Below, piece after piece: positions 48,115 through 57,189 of a DNA stretch of 60,187 nucleotides. The notes under the pieces are model-generated. The model worked only from the letters and a program-made list of their open reading frames with translations. It was not told where the DNA came from and made no database searches. Source of the stretch: an uncultured Halobacteriales archaeon (GTDB lineage Archaea; Halobacteriota; Halobacteria; Halobacteriales; Hikarchaeaceae); contig CAZKPC010000005.1 in NCBI GenBank assembly GCA_964554565.1, positions 6,829 through 67,015 of the forward strand, written 5' to 3'. Each line of letters starts with the position of its first letter. Positions within the stretch are counted from its first letter, which is position 1. Both the position numbers and the translations under genes were made by a program.

Positions 48115-49260
48115 ATGGCGGATGCCACCGGCCGGCCGGCCACCGCCGGCCCGATCGAGCGTCTGGAGGCGGCGGCTGACGAGCTGGATCGAGCCGAGGC
48201 GGCGGTCAGAGAACGGGGCGAGCCGGCCCTCGAACGGCTGGCGGAAGCCTACGACGGGTTCCTGGGGTTCATCGACGAGTACGACGGGAAGGCGACCGGC
48301 TCGGGCCGGGAAACGTTTCAGGCGTACGTCGAGTTCCAAGACGAACTCGTGAACCGGGTCGAACGGCTCCCGGACGATTTGCTGGCCCGCGAGGCGTTCG
48401 AGGACGTCGGCGAGCTGCTCGACAAACGGCGGCTCTCCGAGGCCGACATGGAGGAGGCGCGAGCGACGCTCGAACCCGCGGCCGAGCTCGTGGGCCTGCT
48501 CGAGGAACGCAAAGCCGCGCGGCGGCGCTATCGCGAGGCCCGGAGCGCGGTGGTCAGTCGCCGCCGTGAGATCGAATCCGCCATCGCGGAGCACGAACGC
48601 CTGCTGGAGTTCGAGGACGCCGACCTCGACGCGGATCTGGGAGCCCTCCGGGACCCGATCCGCGATTACAACAACTCCGTCAGGGACGCCTTCCGGTCCT
48701 TCCGGCGGGACGCGTCCGCTCGGACGGTCCTGGATCTCCTCGAGACGGCGGGCGATTACCCGCTCGTGTCGTTGGAGGCAGCGCCGGACCGGCTCGCGGC
48801 GTACCTCCGTTCGAACCCCGTCGGCGAGGAACCGATCCCGCGCCTGGTCGAACTCGCGGACTACTCCGCATCGAAGCTGGCCCACTACGTCGACGATCCG
48901 GACCGGTTCCGCGCGACCGTCGCGAGCCAGCGGACCTACCTCGATCGGCTGGACGCCGAGCCGCTAACGGTCGAGTGGCCGCCGCCCCCGGCGACCGAAC
49001 TCCGCTTCCAGGCCCGCGAGCTCATCCCGGTCGTCGATCGGTTCGCGCCCGCGGCGACCGTCTCGAAGCTGCACGACCTCCGGGCGTTAACCAGGGACCC
49101 CGATTACGGTCGGCTCCGACGAACCGCCGTCGCGCGGGACCGGCTCGAGGAAGCCGAACGGGAACGGCTCCAGTCGGGGGCGGTGGAATCCGAACTCTCG
49201 TTGCTGCGCGAGGAACTCGAACGGCTCCAGACCGTACTCGAGCGCTACCCCGACCGATAG
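48115..49260 (+). CDS. Conserved haloarchaeal coiled-coil protein (DUF7118-like)
   Basis: Acidic helical protein; ATGSG..FQAYVEFQ, YSASKLAHYVDDP, WPPP; 8 nt after hisI. Confidence 0.75.
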   Translation: MADATGRPATAGPIERLEAAADELDRAEAAVRERGEPALERLAEAYDGFLGFIDEYDGKATGSGRETFQAYVEFQDELVNRVERLPDDLLAREAFEDVGELLDKRRLSEADMEEARATLEPAAELVGLLEERKAARRRYREARSAVVSRRREIESAIAEHERLLEFEDADLDADLGALRDPIRDYNNSVRDAFRSFRRDASARTVLDLLETAGDYPLVSLEAAPDRLAAYLRSNPVGEEPIPRLVELADYSASKLAHYVDDPDRFRATVASQRTYLDRLDAEPLTVEWPPPPATELRFQARELIPVVDRFAPAATVSKLHDLRALTRDPDYGRLRRTAVARDRLEEAERERLQSGAVESELSLLREELERLQTVLERYPDR

Positions 49261-49279
49261 GGCGGTTCCCCGACGCCCG

Positions 49280-50644
49280 TCAGGCGTCCTCGATAGCCGT
49301 CACCAGGGCGGTTCGGATGTCGTCGGCCAGTTCCCGGGCCCGGTCGTGGTCTCGCGCCTCGGCGTAAATCCGCACGAGGGGTTCAGTCCCGCTCGGCCGG
49401 GCCAGGACCCAGGCGTCCCCGTAATCGAGCCGGTAGCCATCGATCGTGGTCAGTTCGGCGTCGGCACTGCGGGCGTACCCTTCGGCGGTCCGGACGAGCG
49501 TTCGGCGCTCGGCCTCGCTGTCGTACTCGATGTTGTAGCGGACGTTGTGGTATCCCCCGTGATCGGCGACGAGCTCGCTCGCGGGCCGCTCCACACAGCG
49601 TTCGAGGAACCGGGCCGCCGTGTACGCCCCGTCCCGGGCCAACCGGTACTCCGGGAAGATGAGCCCGCCATTACCTTCGCCCGCGATGGGCACCTCGGCG
49701 CCCTCGGTCCGGAGTTCCTGTACGCGGGTCACGATTCGGGTACTGCCGATCGGGGTGAGTTCGAGCTCCGCGCCGTGCTCCTCGACGACATCGACGAGAC
49801 GTTGGGAGACGTTCACCGCGGAAACGGTGACGTCCCCGGGTTCCAAACAGTCGGCCGCCAGTGCGGCCAGCGTGGCGTCGCCCTCGATGTACGCGCCCGT
49901 TTCGTCCACGAGAATCGCTCGGTCGGCGTCGCCGTCATGCGCGATTCCGACGTCCGCGTCCGCCGCCCTGACGAGGGACTTGAGATCACTCAGGTTCGCT
50001 TCGACGGGTTCGGGATCCCGGCCGGGGAATCGACCGTCGGCCTGGGCGTGTACTGTGACGACCCGACACCCGAGCTCGCGGAAGAACTGTGGGCTGGTCA
50101 GCGCCCCCGCACCGTGGCCGGGATCGACGGCCACCGTGAGGTCGGCCGCCTCGATCGCGTCGGTGTCGACCGCGTCGAGGAGCCCCCGGCGATACCGCTC
50201 CCGGGCGCCGTCGATACGGTGGCTCCGGCCGACGCTGTCCCAGCCGACGGGTTCGTAGCGCTCGGCCAGGAACGTGTCTTCGACCCGCTCCATCGCATCG
50301 ACCGCCAGCTCGATCCCGTCCGCCCCTACCAGTTTGATCCCGTTGTACGGAGCGGGGTTATGGCTCGCCGTCACGATGAGTCCGGGGACCCCTTCCGCCT
50401 CGGCGTACGCTTGCAGCGCGGGCGTCGGGAGCACGCCGAGGCGGTCGACGTCCGCCCCGATACTCGCCAGGCCGCTGGCCGCGGCGTCGGCAAGCATCGG
50501 CCCAGTCTTCCGGGTGTCTCGACCGAGCGCGACGCGATCCGCGCCCCAGGTCGTGCCCGCCGCTTTCGCGACCCGGACGACGAACTCGGGGGTGAGGGTC
50601 TCGTTGGCGACCCCCCGGGTCCCGCTCGACCCAAACACCTCCAT
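49280..50644 (-). CDS. glmM: Phosphoglucosamine mutase / phosphohexomutase
   Basis: FGSSGTRG, TASHNP, HDGDADR, GEGNGG, RPSGTEP; ATG 50644. Confidence 0.9.
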   Translation of the reverse strand: MEVFGSSGTRGVANETLTPEFVVRVAKAAGTTWGADRVALGRDTRKTGPMLADAAASGLASIGADVDRLGVLPTPALQAYAEAEGVPGLIVTASHNPAPYNGIKLVGADGIELAVDAMERVEDTFLAERYEPVGWDSVGRSHRIDGARERYRRGLLDAVDTDAIEAADLTVAVDPGHGAGALTSPQFFRELGCRVVTVHAQADGRFPGRDPEPVEANLSDLKSLVRAADADVGIAHDGDADRAILVDETGAYIEGDATLAALAADCLEPGDVTVSAVNVSQRLVDVVEEHGAELELTPIGSTRIVTRVQELRTEGAEVPIAGEGNGGLIFPEYRLARDGAYTAARFLERCVERPASELVADHGGYHNVRYNIEYDSEAERRTLVRTAEGYARSADAELTTIDGYRLDYGDAWVLARPSGTEPLVRIYAEARDHDRARELADDIRTALVTAIEDA

Positions 50645-50737
50645 GGCTGGCGCCTGGACGGCCCGGGGCAAAGTGGTTCCGCCACCGGCAGCCCGGGACC
50701 GCGGGAGCTTTGCCCTGCCGGTCCCGAGCCGCCACGC

Positions 50738-51181
50738 ATGGTCGCGGTTCGTCGTGAGGCGCTCGAGTTCGCCGGCGTCATGTTGGCGGTGGTTGCCGGA
50801 GCGCTGCACTTCGTTTGGGGCCTGCCCAGGGGGATCGTCTACCTCCAAGCGGGCCGGTTCCCGGACCCCCGACCGTTCCTCTTCGTCGCCTCGGCGCTGG
50901 CGATCGCGGGCGTGGCCATCTGGCTCGCTCGCGACGGGCCGCGACGACCACTGCTCGGCGGTCTGGCCGCCCTGATGGCCGTCTATCTGGTCGGCTACGG
51001 GTGGTGGCATCTCGGGAGCCACGGCGGGGCTCTCTTCGGCGGCCTCACCCCGCTCCGGCACGAGACCGACCCGCTGACGCTCTTCATCGATCACCTCCTG
51101 GCTGACGCGTTCGTCCTCGCCACCGTCGTCGTCGAGGTGGCGGCCATCGCCGCCCTGCTCGGCGCACTCCTGACTGACTGA
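50738..51181 (+). CDS. His-containing multi-TM membrane protein
   Basis: MVAVRREALEF...LHFVWG...DPRPFLF...WWHLGSHGG...IDHL; 3' part of track ORF 49346..51181. Confidence 0.7.
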   Translation: MVAVRREALEFAGVMLAVVAGALHFVWGLPRGIVYLQAGRFPDPRPFLFVASALAIAGVAIWLARDGPRRPLLGGLAALMAVYLVGYGWWHLGSHGGALFGGLTPLRHETDPLTLFIDHLLADAFVLATVVVEVAAIAALLGALLTD

Positions 51182-51247
51182 ACCTGCCACGCCAGCCGGC
51201 GGGCCGCCAGCCGCAACCACTTAGACCGTGCCCGGCGGCCATCTGGC

Positions 51248-52066
51248 ATGGGCGACCTCGCCGAGGATCGGGTCTACGCCGATCGGTCCGGCGCCAGGAC
51301 GCTCGTGGTGGCCGCGGCGCCCGGGCTCGTAACCGTCGGGGTATCGAACGGTCGCGTGGGCGAGTTCGGGATCGCGACGGAATGTTCGCCCGCCGATCTC
51401 TCAGCAGCCGCCCGTACCGACGCTGGCGACGAGTTCCCGCTGGTCGTCGCGACCGACCGAACCGTGCTCCTGGCCGAGACCCCCGAGATCGACGCCCTCG
51501 AACCGACCGGGTTCGGGCCGGCCACAGCCGTGACGGTCCACGAGGGACGCCCAGTGGCCGCCGACCCGGCCGGGGAGCTGGCATCGTACCGGGACGCGGG
51601 CTGGGAGCCGATCGGGGAGCTCCCCGGGGCCGCGACGGCGTTGGATGGCGATCTCGTCGGGACGGCCGAGGGCGTGTTCCGGCTGGTCGAGGGCGGGCTG
51701 CGACCTGCCGGCCTCGCCGGGGTCACCGACGTGGCCCGGGCGGCCGGGATGCCGCTCGTGGCGACGGGGGACGGGCTCTACGAGCTCGGCAACGGTTGGT
51801 TGGACGCCCTGGAGGGTGCCTACGACCTGGTGACTGGAGCGCCAGACGGCCGCGCCCATGCGGCCGGGCCCGGGGGGACCTATACCCGCGAGAACGGAGC
51901 CTGGGCCCCGCTCGAGTTGCCGGAGCCGAGCGACGTCGCGGCCGTGGCCTACGGCGCTCGAACGTTCGTGTTGACGGCCGCCGGCGAGCTCTATATCGAG
52001 GCGGAAGCTGGCTGGACCCGGACCCCGCTCGGGATCGAGGGGATCGTCGGGGCGGTCGTGCTCTGA
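51248..52066 (+). CDS. Beta-propeller-like haloarchaeal hypothetical protein (HVO_0234-like)
   Basis: EDRVY, VGEFG, TGFGPATAV, LYELGNGW; repeated short beta units; name from memory. Confidence 0.7.
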   Translation: MGDLAEDRVYADRSGARTLVVAAAPGLVTVGVSNGRVGEFGIATECSPADLSAAARTDAGDEFPLVVATDRTVLLAETPEIDALEPTGFGPATAVTVHEGRPVAADPAGELASYRDAGWEPIGELPGAATALDGDLVGTAEGVFRLVEGGLRPAGLAGVTDVARAAGMPLVATGDGLYELGNGWLDALEGAYDLVTGAPDGRAHAAGPGGTYTRENGAWAPLELPEPSDVAAVAYGARTFVLTAAGELYIEAEAGWTRTPLGIEGIVGAVVL

Positions 52067-52123
52067 GCACATTCTCACCGGGCCAACCGAAAACGGGTTT
52101 ACGCCGGGCGGAGAGCAGCCGAT

Positions 52124-52972
52124 ATGATCGTCAGCGGGTCGGCCTCTCAATCGCTCGCCGCGTCGCTCGCCGCTGAGACGGGCCGTCCCCTCGCGTCGGT
52201 CGAGGTCGACCGCTTCCCCGACGGTGAGCTGTTGGCCAGCGTCCCTGACTTCGACGGCGCGGAGGCGGTCGTGCTCGCGGCCACGGTCTCGGACACGGCG
52301 CACCTGGAGTTGCTCGAGCTCCAGGACGCGGTCCGGGCGGCCGGCGCCGACCACGTCACGACGATCCTCCCGTACATGGGCTACGCCCGGCAGGACGAGG
52401 CGTTCGAGCCGGGCCACCCGGTCTCAGCACGGGCCGTGGCGCGAGCCATCGGAACGGGGACCGACCGCGTGATCGTGGTAAATCCGCATACCTCGCTTGT
52501 CCTCGATTACTTCGACGTGCCCGTCGAGTCCGTGAACGCCGCCGCTCGGCTCGCTGAGCCGGTGCCGGACGGGCTCGCGGAGCCGCTGTTCCTGGCCCCG
52601 GACGCCAACGCGCGACCCATCGCGGAAGCGGTTCGGGATGGCTACGGAACGGGAACCGTCGATCACTTCGAGAAAACGCGCCGGTCGAGCGACAGCGTCG
52701 AGATCGCGCCGAGTAACACGGAGGTCGCTGGCCGGGACGTGGTCGTCGTGGACGACATCATCGCGACCGGGTCGACGATGGCCGAAGCGATCGGGGTTCT
52801 GGGGGATCGCGATGTCGGCCGGGTCTTCGTCGGCTGCGTCCATCCGGTGTTGGCGGCGGGGGCTCGGTTGCGGCTGGCCAAGGCGGGAGTCGAAGCGGTC
52901 TACGGCACCGATACTATCGAGGGCGCGGTCAGCGCCGTCTCCGTGGCGCCGATCCTGGCCGAGGCGCTCTGA
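52124..52972 (+). CDS. prs: Ribose-phosphate pyrophosphokinase
   Basis: FPDGE, PYMGYARQD, LAPD, VVVDDIIATGST, CVHP. Confidence 0.96.
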   Translation: MIVSGSASQSLAASLAAETGRPLASVEVDRFPDGELLASVPDFDGAEAVVLAATVSDTAHLELLELQDAVRAAGADHVTTILPYMGYARQDEAFEPGHPVSARAVARAIGTGTDRVIVVNPHTSLVLDYFDVPVESVNAAARLAEPVPDGLAEPLFLAPDANARPIAEAVRDGYGTGTVDHFEKTRRSSDSVEIAPSNTEVAGRDVVVVDDIIATGSTMAEAIGVLGDRDVGRVFVGCVHPVLAAGARLRLAKAGVEAVYGTDTIEGAVSAVSVAPILAEAL

Positions 52973-52999
52973 AAGTCGGGGGCCGGTCCGGCCCGGAGC

Positions 53000-55900
53000 T
53001 TACGCCGTCGATTCGGCGAGCGGCTCGATCGCGAAGCGCATCGTCACGCCTTCGACGTCCCACTCCCGTTCGTGGCCGTCCTGAACGGCGCCGAGCTCGC
53101 CGGCGCGGACCTCCTCCGTGATCAAGTCCTCGTGCTCGGCGACGAGCCCGGCGACCCGCTCGTCCTCCACGTTCAGATCGAGTCGGATCCGCTGATCGAC
53201 GTCGAGGTCCAGCTCCTTGCGCATCTCCTGGACCCGACGGATGACTTCCCGCGCGAACCCTTCGGCCTCGAGCTCGTCAGTCAGGGCGGTGTCCACGTAG
53301 ACCGACCCATCGTCGAAGTCGGCGCCGGCGACGGCGTCCGGGAGCCTTTCGACGAAGTCGACCATCTCGGCGGTAAGCTCGACCGTTCGCCCGAGCCCGG
53401 CGGCGACCGCGTCCTCCAGCGCGTCCAACTCGGGCTCCTCGACCGACGCCTCGTTGAGGGCTTCCATGACGGCGCTCGCGTCTTCGCCGAAGGCCGGACC
53501 TAACACGCTCATGTCGGCCTCGGCGGAATACCGCAGTTCCGACCAGGCCTCGCCGGGTTCGACCAGTTCGACCGATCGCGCGTTGAGCCGCTCGGCCAGG
53601 AGGTCCTCGTGTTTCCCCACCGCGTCGACAACGCCTTCTTGAGCCGCATCCAGGACGACTCGCGAGACGGGCCACCGGAGCTTCCGGCCCGCCCGTTGGC
53701 GGGCATGGGACCCGGCCTCTTCGACCGCCCGGACGACCTCGATCTCGGTTTCGAGCTCGGCCGCTCGGAGCTCGGAGTCGGCGGTCGGCCAGTCGGCCAT
53801 GTGTACCGTCGGGTGGTCGCGGTCCCCGGTCAGGCGCTGATAGAGCTCCTCGGCGACGAACGGGGCGAACGGTGCCAGCATCACGGCGGCCTCCCGGAGC
53901 ACGGTGGCGAGCGTCGTGTAGGCCGCGCGCTTGCTCGCCGTGTCGGCCTCCTCCCACATGCGTTCGCGGACCGTCTGGATGTAGTACCGCGAGACGTCCT
54001 CGACCACGAAGTCGAGCAGGGCCGCCAACGCGTCGTGGTGGGCGTACTCGTCCATCGCGGCCGTTGCCTCCGCCTCGACGGTCTGGAGGCGGGACAATAG
54101 CCAGCGGTCGAGGCGCTCGAGGTCCGCCCTGACCGCCTCCGGGTCGGCGGTGGCGGGCTCGAACCCGTCCATCTCCATGTAGGGAAGCGGGAACCGGGCC
54201 GCGTTCCAGAGGATGTTGAGCCGGCTTTCCATCTCCGCGATCTCCTCCCACGACACCCGCATGTCTTCGCCGCGGGCGGCGATCGAGAGCAGGAACAACC
54301 GCATCGGGTCGGCGCCGTGCTCGTCCATCACCTCCTGTGGCCGGATCATGATGTTCCGGGACTTGGACATCGCCCGCCCGTCGGGCATCTGGGCGTGACC
54401 GTGCATCATGACGCGCTCGTAGGGCACCTCGCCGACGGCGGCGGTCCCCATCCCGAGCTGTGACCAGAACCAGCCACGGGTCTGGTCGTGGGCTTCGATG
54501 ATCAGGTCCGCGGGCCAGAGTTCCTCGAAGGCGGCCTGGCTCCCCGGCTCGCCGGGATAGTCGAGCGTGCCCCAGGTCGCTACCGACGAGTCGAGCCAGA
54601 CGTCGAACACGTCCGGGACCCGCTCGTGGGTGACGCCGTCCTCGGTGATCGTGAGGTCGTCCACCGTCGGCTTGTGGAGGTCGATGGCGTCGGGATCGAT
54701 GTCCTGGTCGACCCGCTCGGCGAGCTCCTCGCGGGTGCCGACCACGATCACCCGGTCCATGTCGCCGTCCCAGTCGGGCGGCAGCCAGATCGGGATCGGG
54801 ATCCCCCAGTACCGCTGGCGGGAGACGTTCCAGTCCGGGGCGTCCTCGACGAAGTCCCGGAAGCGGTTGTCCCGGGCCCAGGACGGGTACCACTCGGAGT
54901 CCTCGATGTTGGCCAGGAGGTCCTCCTTGACGTCGGTGATGTTGATGAACCACTGGTCAGTGACGATCTGGATGATGTCGGTATCGCATCGCCAGCACTG
55001 ACCGTAGTCGTGCACGTAGGTGTCATCCGCCAGCAAATACCCGCGCTCGCGGAGGTCCTCGATGATCTCCGGGTTGGCCTCCCGGACGAACTGCTCCGCG
55101 TACGGGCCGGCCCGGTCATCGAACTCGCCGTCGCTCCCCACCGGGCAGAACAGCTCGAGGCCCAGCTCCGTGCCTCGCTGGAAGTCCTCCTCGCCGTGCC
55201 CCGGCGCGGAGTGGACGAGGCCGGTACGGTCGGCTTCGACGTAGTCGGCGGTATAGACCTGGAAACTGCCGGTCCCGCCCGGGTGAGCCACGAGGTCGTC
55301 CAGCGGGTGCTCGTAGGACCAGCCCACCATGTCCTCGCCGGGGACCTCCTCGAGGACCTCGTAGTCGTCGTAGCGGCCGTGTTTCAGCACCTCCTCGACG
55401 AGCGATTCCTCGATGTAGAGCACGTCGGAGGTACCGTCCTTCTCGGCCCGGACGGCCTGGTAGGTCAGGTCCTCACCGACGGCGACGAACGTGTTCCCCG
55501 GAATGGTCCACGGGGTCGTCGTCCAGATGACCAGCGAGCCCTCGCGGTCGGCCAGCGGGAACCGCACGTAGATCGACGGGTCCTCGACTTCGTGGTACTC
55601 CACCTCGTTCTTCGCGATGGCGGTTTCACACCGCGGGCATTGGGAGATCGATCGCTTCCCGCGCTCGACGAGCCCCCGGTCGTGGACCTCCCGGAAGGCC
55701 CACCAAGCGGCCTCCATGTACTCCGCCGTGACGGTCCGATAGGGGTTTTCCCAGTCCATCCAGACGCCGAAGGACTTGAAGTCCGCCTGCAGCTGGTCGA
55801 GGCTGTCCTCCGCGAAGGACCGGCACTCCTCGATGAACGCGTCGACGCCGAAGGCCTCGATGTCCTTCTTGTTCTCGAACTCGAGCTCTTCCTCGACGCG

Positions 55901-56188
55901 CGTCTCGATCGGGAGCCCGTGCATGTCGTACCCGGGCCGATCCGCAACGTCGTAGCCCCGCATCCGCTTGTAGCGGATGTAGAGGTCCTTGAGGCTCTTG
56001 TTCCAGGCGTGGCCCATGTGGGCCGCACCGCTGGTATACGGCGGCCCATCGACGAAGAAGAAGGGCTCGGCGCCCGACCGGTGTTCGCGGGTCCGGTCGT
56101 AGGCGTCGACCTCGTCCCAGTACTCGAACACCCGCTCCTCGACGGTCTGCGGGTCGTACCGGTCGTCGAGCTCGGCGAAACGGTCCAT
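53000..56188 (-). CDS. ileS: Isoleucine--tRNA ligase (archaeal/eukaryote type)
   Basis: DGPPY..HMGH, PGYDMHGLPIE, IWTTTPWT, TGLVH, DWNVSRQRYWG, DQTRGWF, AMSKS. An in-frame ATG at 56299 is an alternative start. Confidence 0.97.
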   Translation of the reverse strand: MDRFAELDDRYDPQTVEERVFEYWDEVDAYDRTREHRSGAEPFFFVDGPPYTSGAAHMGHAWNKSLKDLYIRYKRMRGYDVADRPGYDMHGLPIETRVEEELEFENKKDIEAFGVDAFIEECRSFAEDSLDQLQADFKSFGVWMDWENPYRTVTAEYMEAAWWAFREVHDRGLVERGKRSISQCPRCETAIAKNEVEYHEVEDPSIYVRFPLADREGSLVIWTTTPWTIPGNTFVAVGEDLTYQAVRAEKDGTSDVLYIEESLVEEVLKHGRYDDYEVLEEVPGEDMVGWSYEHPLDDLVAHPGGTGSFQVYTADYVEADRTGLVHSAPGHGEEDFQRGTELGLELFCPVGSDGEFDDRAGPYAEQFVREANPEIIEDLRERGYLLADDTYVHDYGQCWRCDTDIIQIVTDQWFINITDVKEDLLANIEDSEWYPSWARDNRFRDFVEDAPDWNVSRQRYWGIPIPIWLPPDWDGDMDRVIVVGTREELAERVDQDIDPDAIDLHKPTVDDLTITEDGVTHERVPDVFDVWLDSSVATWGTLDYPGEPGSQAAFEELWPADLIIEAHDQTRGWFWSQLGMGTAAVGEVPYERVMMHGHAQMPDGRAMSKSRNIMIRPQEVMDEHGADPMRLFLLSIAARGEDMRVSWEEIAEMESRLNILWNAARFPLPYMEMDGFEPATADPEAVRADLERLDRWLLSRLQTVEAEATAAMDEYAHHDALAALLDFVVEDVSRYYIQTVRERMWEEADTASKRAAYTTLATVLREAAVMLAPFAPFVAEELYQRLTGDRDHPTVHMADWPTADSELRAAELETEIEVVRAVEEAGSHARQRAGRKLRWPVSRVVLDAAQEGVVDAVGKHEDLLAERLNARSVELVEPGEAWSELRYSAEADMSVLGPAFGEDASAVMEALNEASVEEPELDALEDAVAAGLGRTVELTAEMVDFVERLPDAVAGADFDDGSVYVDTALTDELEAEGFAREVIRRVQEMRKELDLDVDQRIRLDLNVEDERVAGLVAEHEDLITEEVRAGELGAVQDGHEREWDVEGVTMRFAIEPLAESTA

Positions 56189-56225
56189 GGCGGTTCCTGC
56201 ATCGGCGTCGGCTAAAGCGTGACTA

Positions 56226-56266
56226 GTTCGCCCGGTCGGGCCTTCAGCGGCTTGCGCCGGGCGAAC
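56226..56266. repeat. Perfect 10-bp inverted repeat (stem-loop) upstream of ileS
   Basis: GTTCGCCCGG (56226-56235) / CCGGGCGAAC (56257-56266), 21-nt loop. Confidence 0.6.
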
Positions 56267-56386
56267 GGAGTCTCGATCGGTCGGATCGTGCTCTGACATG
56301 GTTGACAGTGAGTGGGGGTGACGGCGGCTGTGTTCCTCGGAGCCGGTGCACGTTCGGAGCGGAGTGGTGGCGGGTGATTGGGGCTG

Positions 56387-56464
56387 CTAGGGAGCCCCGA
56401 TAATAGCGATGCTGCTGGGACGGCTCCGGGCGGCCAATCGGGCGACAGCCGTGAACCGTTCCAT
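56387..56464 (-). CDS. Putative Ile-rich leader peptide (25 aa) of ileS
   Basis: MERFTAVARLAARSRPSSIAIIGAP*; ATC-GCT-ATT-ATC at 56410-56399; GGGGCT/AGCCCC hairpin (56380-56398) with the stop codon in its loop. Confidence 0.6.
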   Translation of the reverse strand: MERFTAVARLAARSRPSSIAIIGAP

Positions 56465-56490
56465 CACACGCTGGAGAAGCTCCTGAGCGG

Positions 56491-56498
56491 TTATAAAA
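56491..56498 (-). promoter_or_regulatory. TATA box upstream of the leader peptide
   Basis: TTTTATAA on the minus strand, 27-34 nt upstream of ATG 56464, in a GC-rich context. Confidence 0.65.
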
Positions 56499-56673
56499 GT
56501 TGATTTCGTGCTCGACACCACGGGTGACAGGTCTCGATATAGCCAATTTCGCTCCCCCGTCCTGTGAGGGATTCTCGGATCTCGATCCCGGCGCTGCCCA
56601 CTCCTTCTCCGAGCCACGCAAGCCCCCGGCTGAAAGAAAGAGGCTATTCAGTTCCAGACCTGAGGCTCGATCG

Positions 56674-57175
56674 ATGGAGGACGTCCCGGACGGACTCCTT
56701 GAGCGGCGTGATGTCGTTTACGAATCGACGACCGAGCAGCTCGACGCCACGGAGTTCGAGCGGGCAAAACGACGCGATGCTGAGCTCGCGGGCGCGGTCG
56801 CGGTGGCGGTCACCAACGCGGCCGGTGAGGTCCTGCTGGTCGAAAACGATTGGATGGACGGCTTCGGGTTCCCCGGCGGTGGTGTCGAACCCGGCGAGGA
56901 CTGGCGCTCGGCGGCCGTTCGCGAGGTCGTTGAAGAGACCGGCGTCGCCGTGCAGATCGAACGCCCGTGGCGCGTTCAGCAGCAGAGCTCGAACACGGGG
57001 ACGAACGGCTCACGGGGCACGTCGTGTTCTACAGGGGCTCGCCGACTGGGTCGACAGCTACCGCCCGGAACCCCGGAACCGGCGCCGAGGAGATCCAGGC
57101 GGTAGACTGGTTGATTCGATCCCCGACAGAGCCGTGCGCCCGGATTTGCTCCGGGCGGTGCTCGAGGAGCGCTGA
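56674..57175 (+). pseudogene. NUDIX hydrolase with two frameshifts (or sequencing indels)
   Basis: Nudix box GGGVEPGEDWRSAAVREVVEETG. Plausible reading continues in another frame after ~56985 (ELEHGDERLTGHVVFY...EEIQAVDW) and again after ~57112 (DSIPDRAVRPDLLRAVLEER*). Confidence 0.7.
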
Positions 57176-57189
57176 CCCATACGACGCTC

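Noticed and set aside
24395-51220. Extended starts in the ORF track (24395..27103-, 41793..43007+, 49280..51220-, 49346..51181+) suggesting fusion proteins
   Set aside because: The extensions overlap divergent genes; downstream ATGs with family-typical N-termini, some with TATA boxes, explain the genes.
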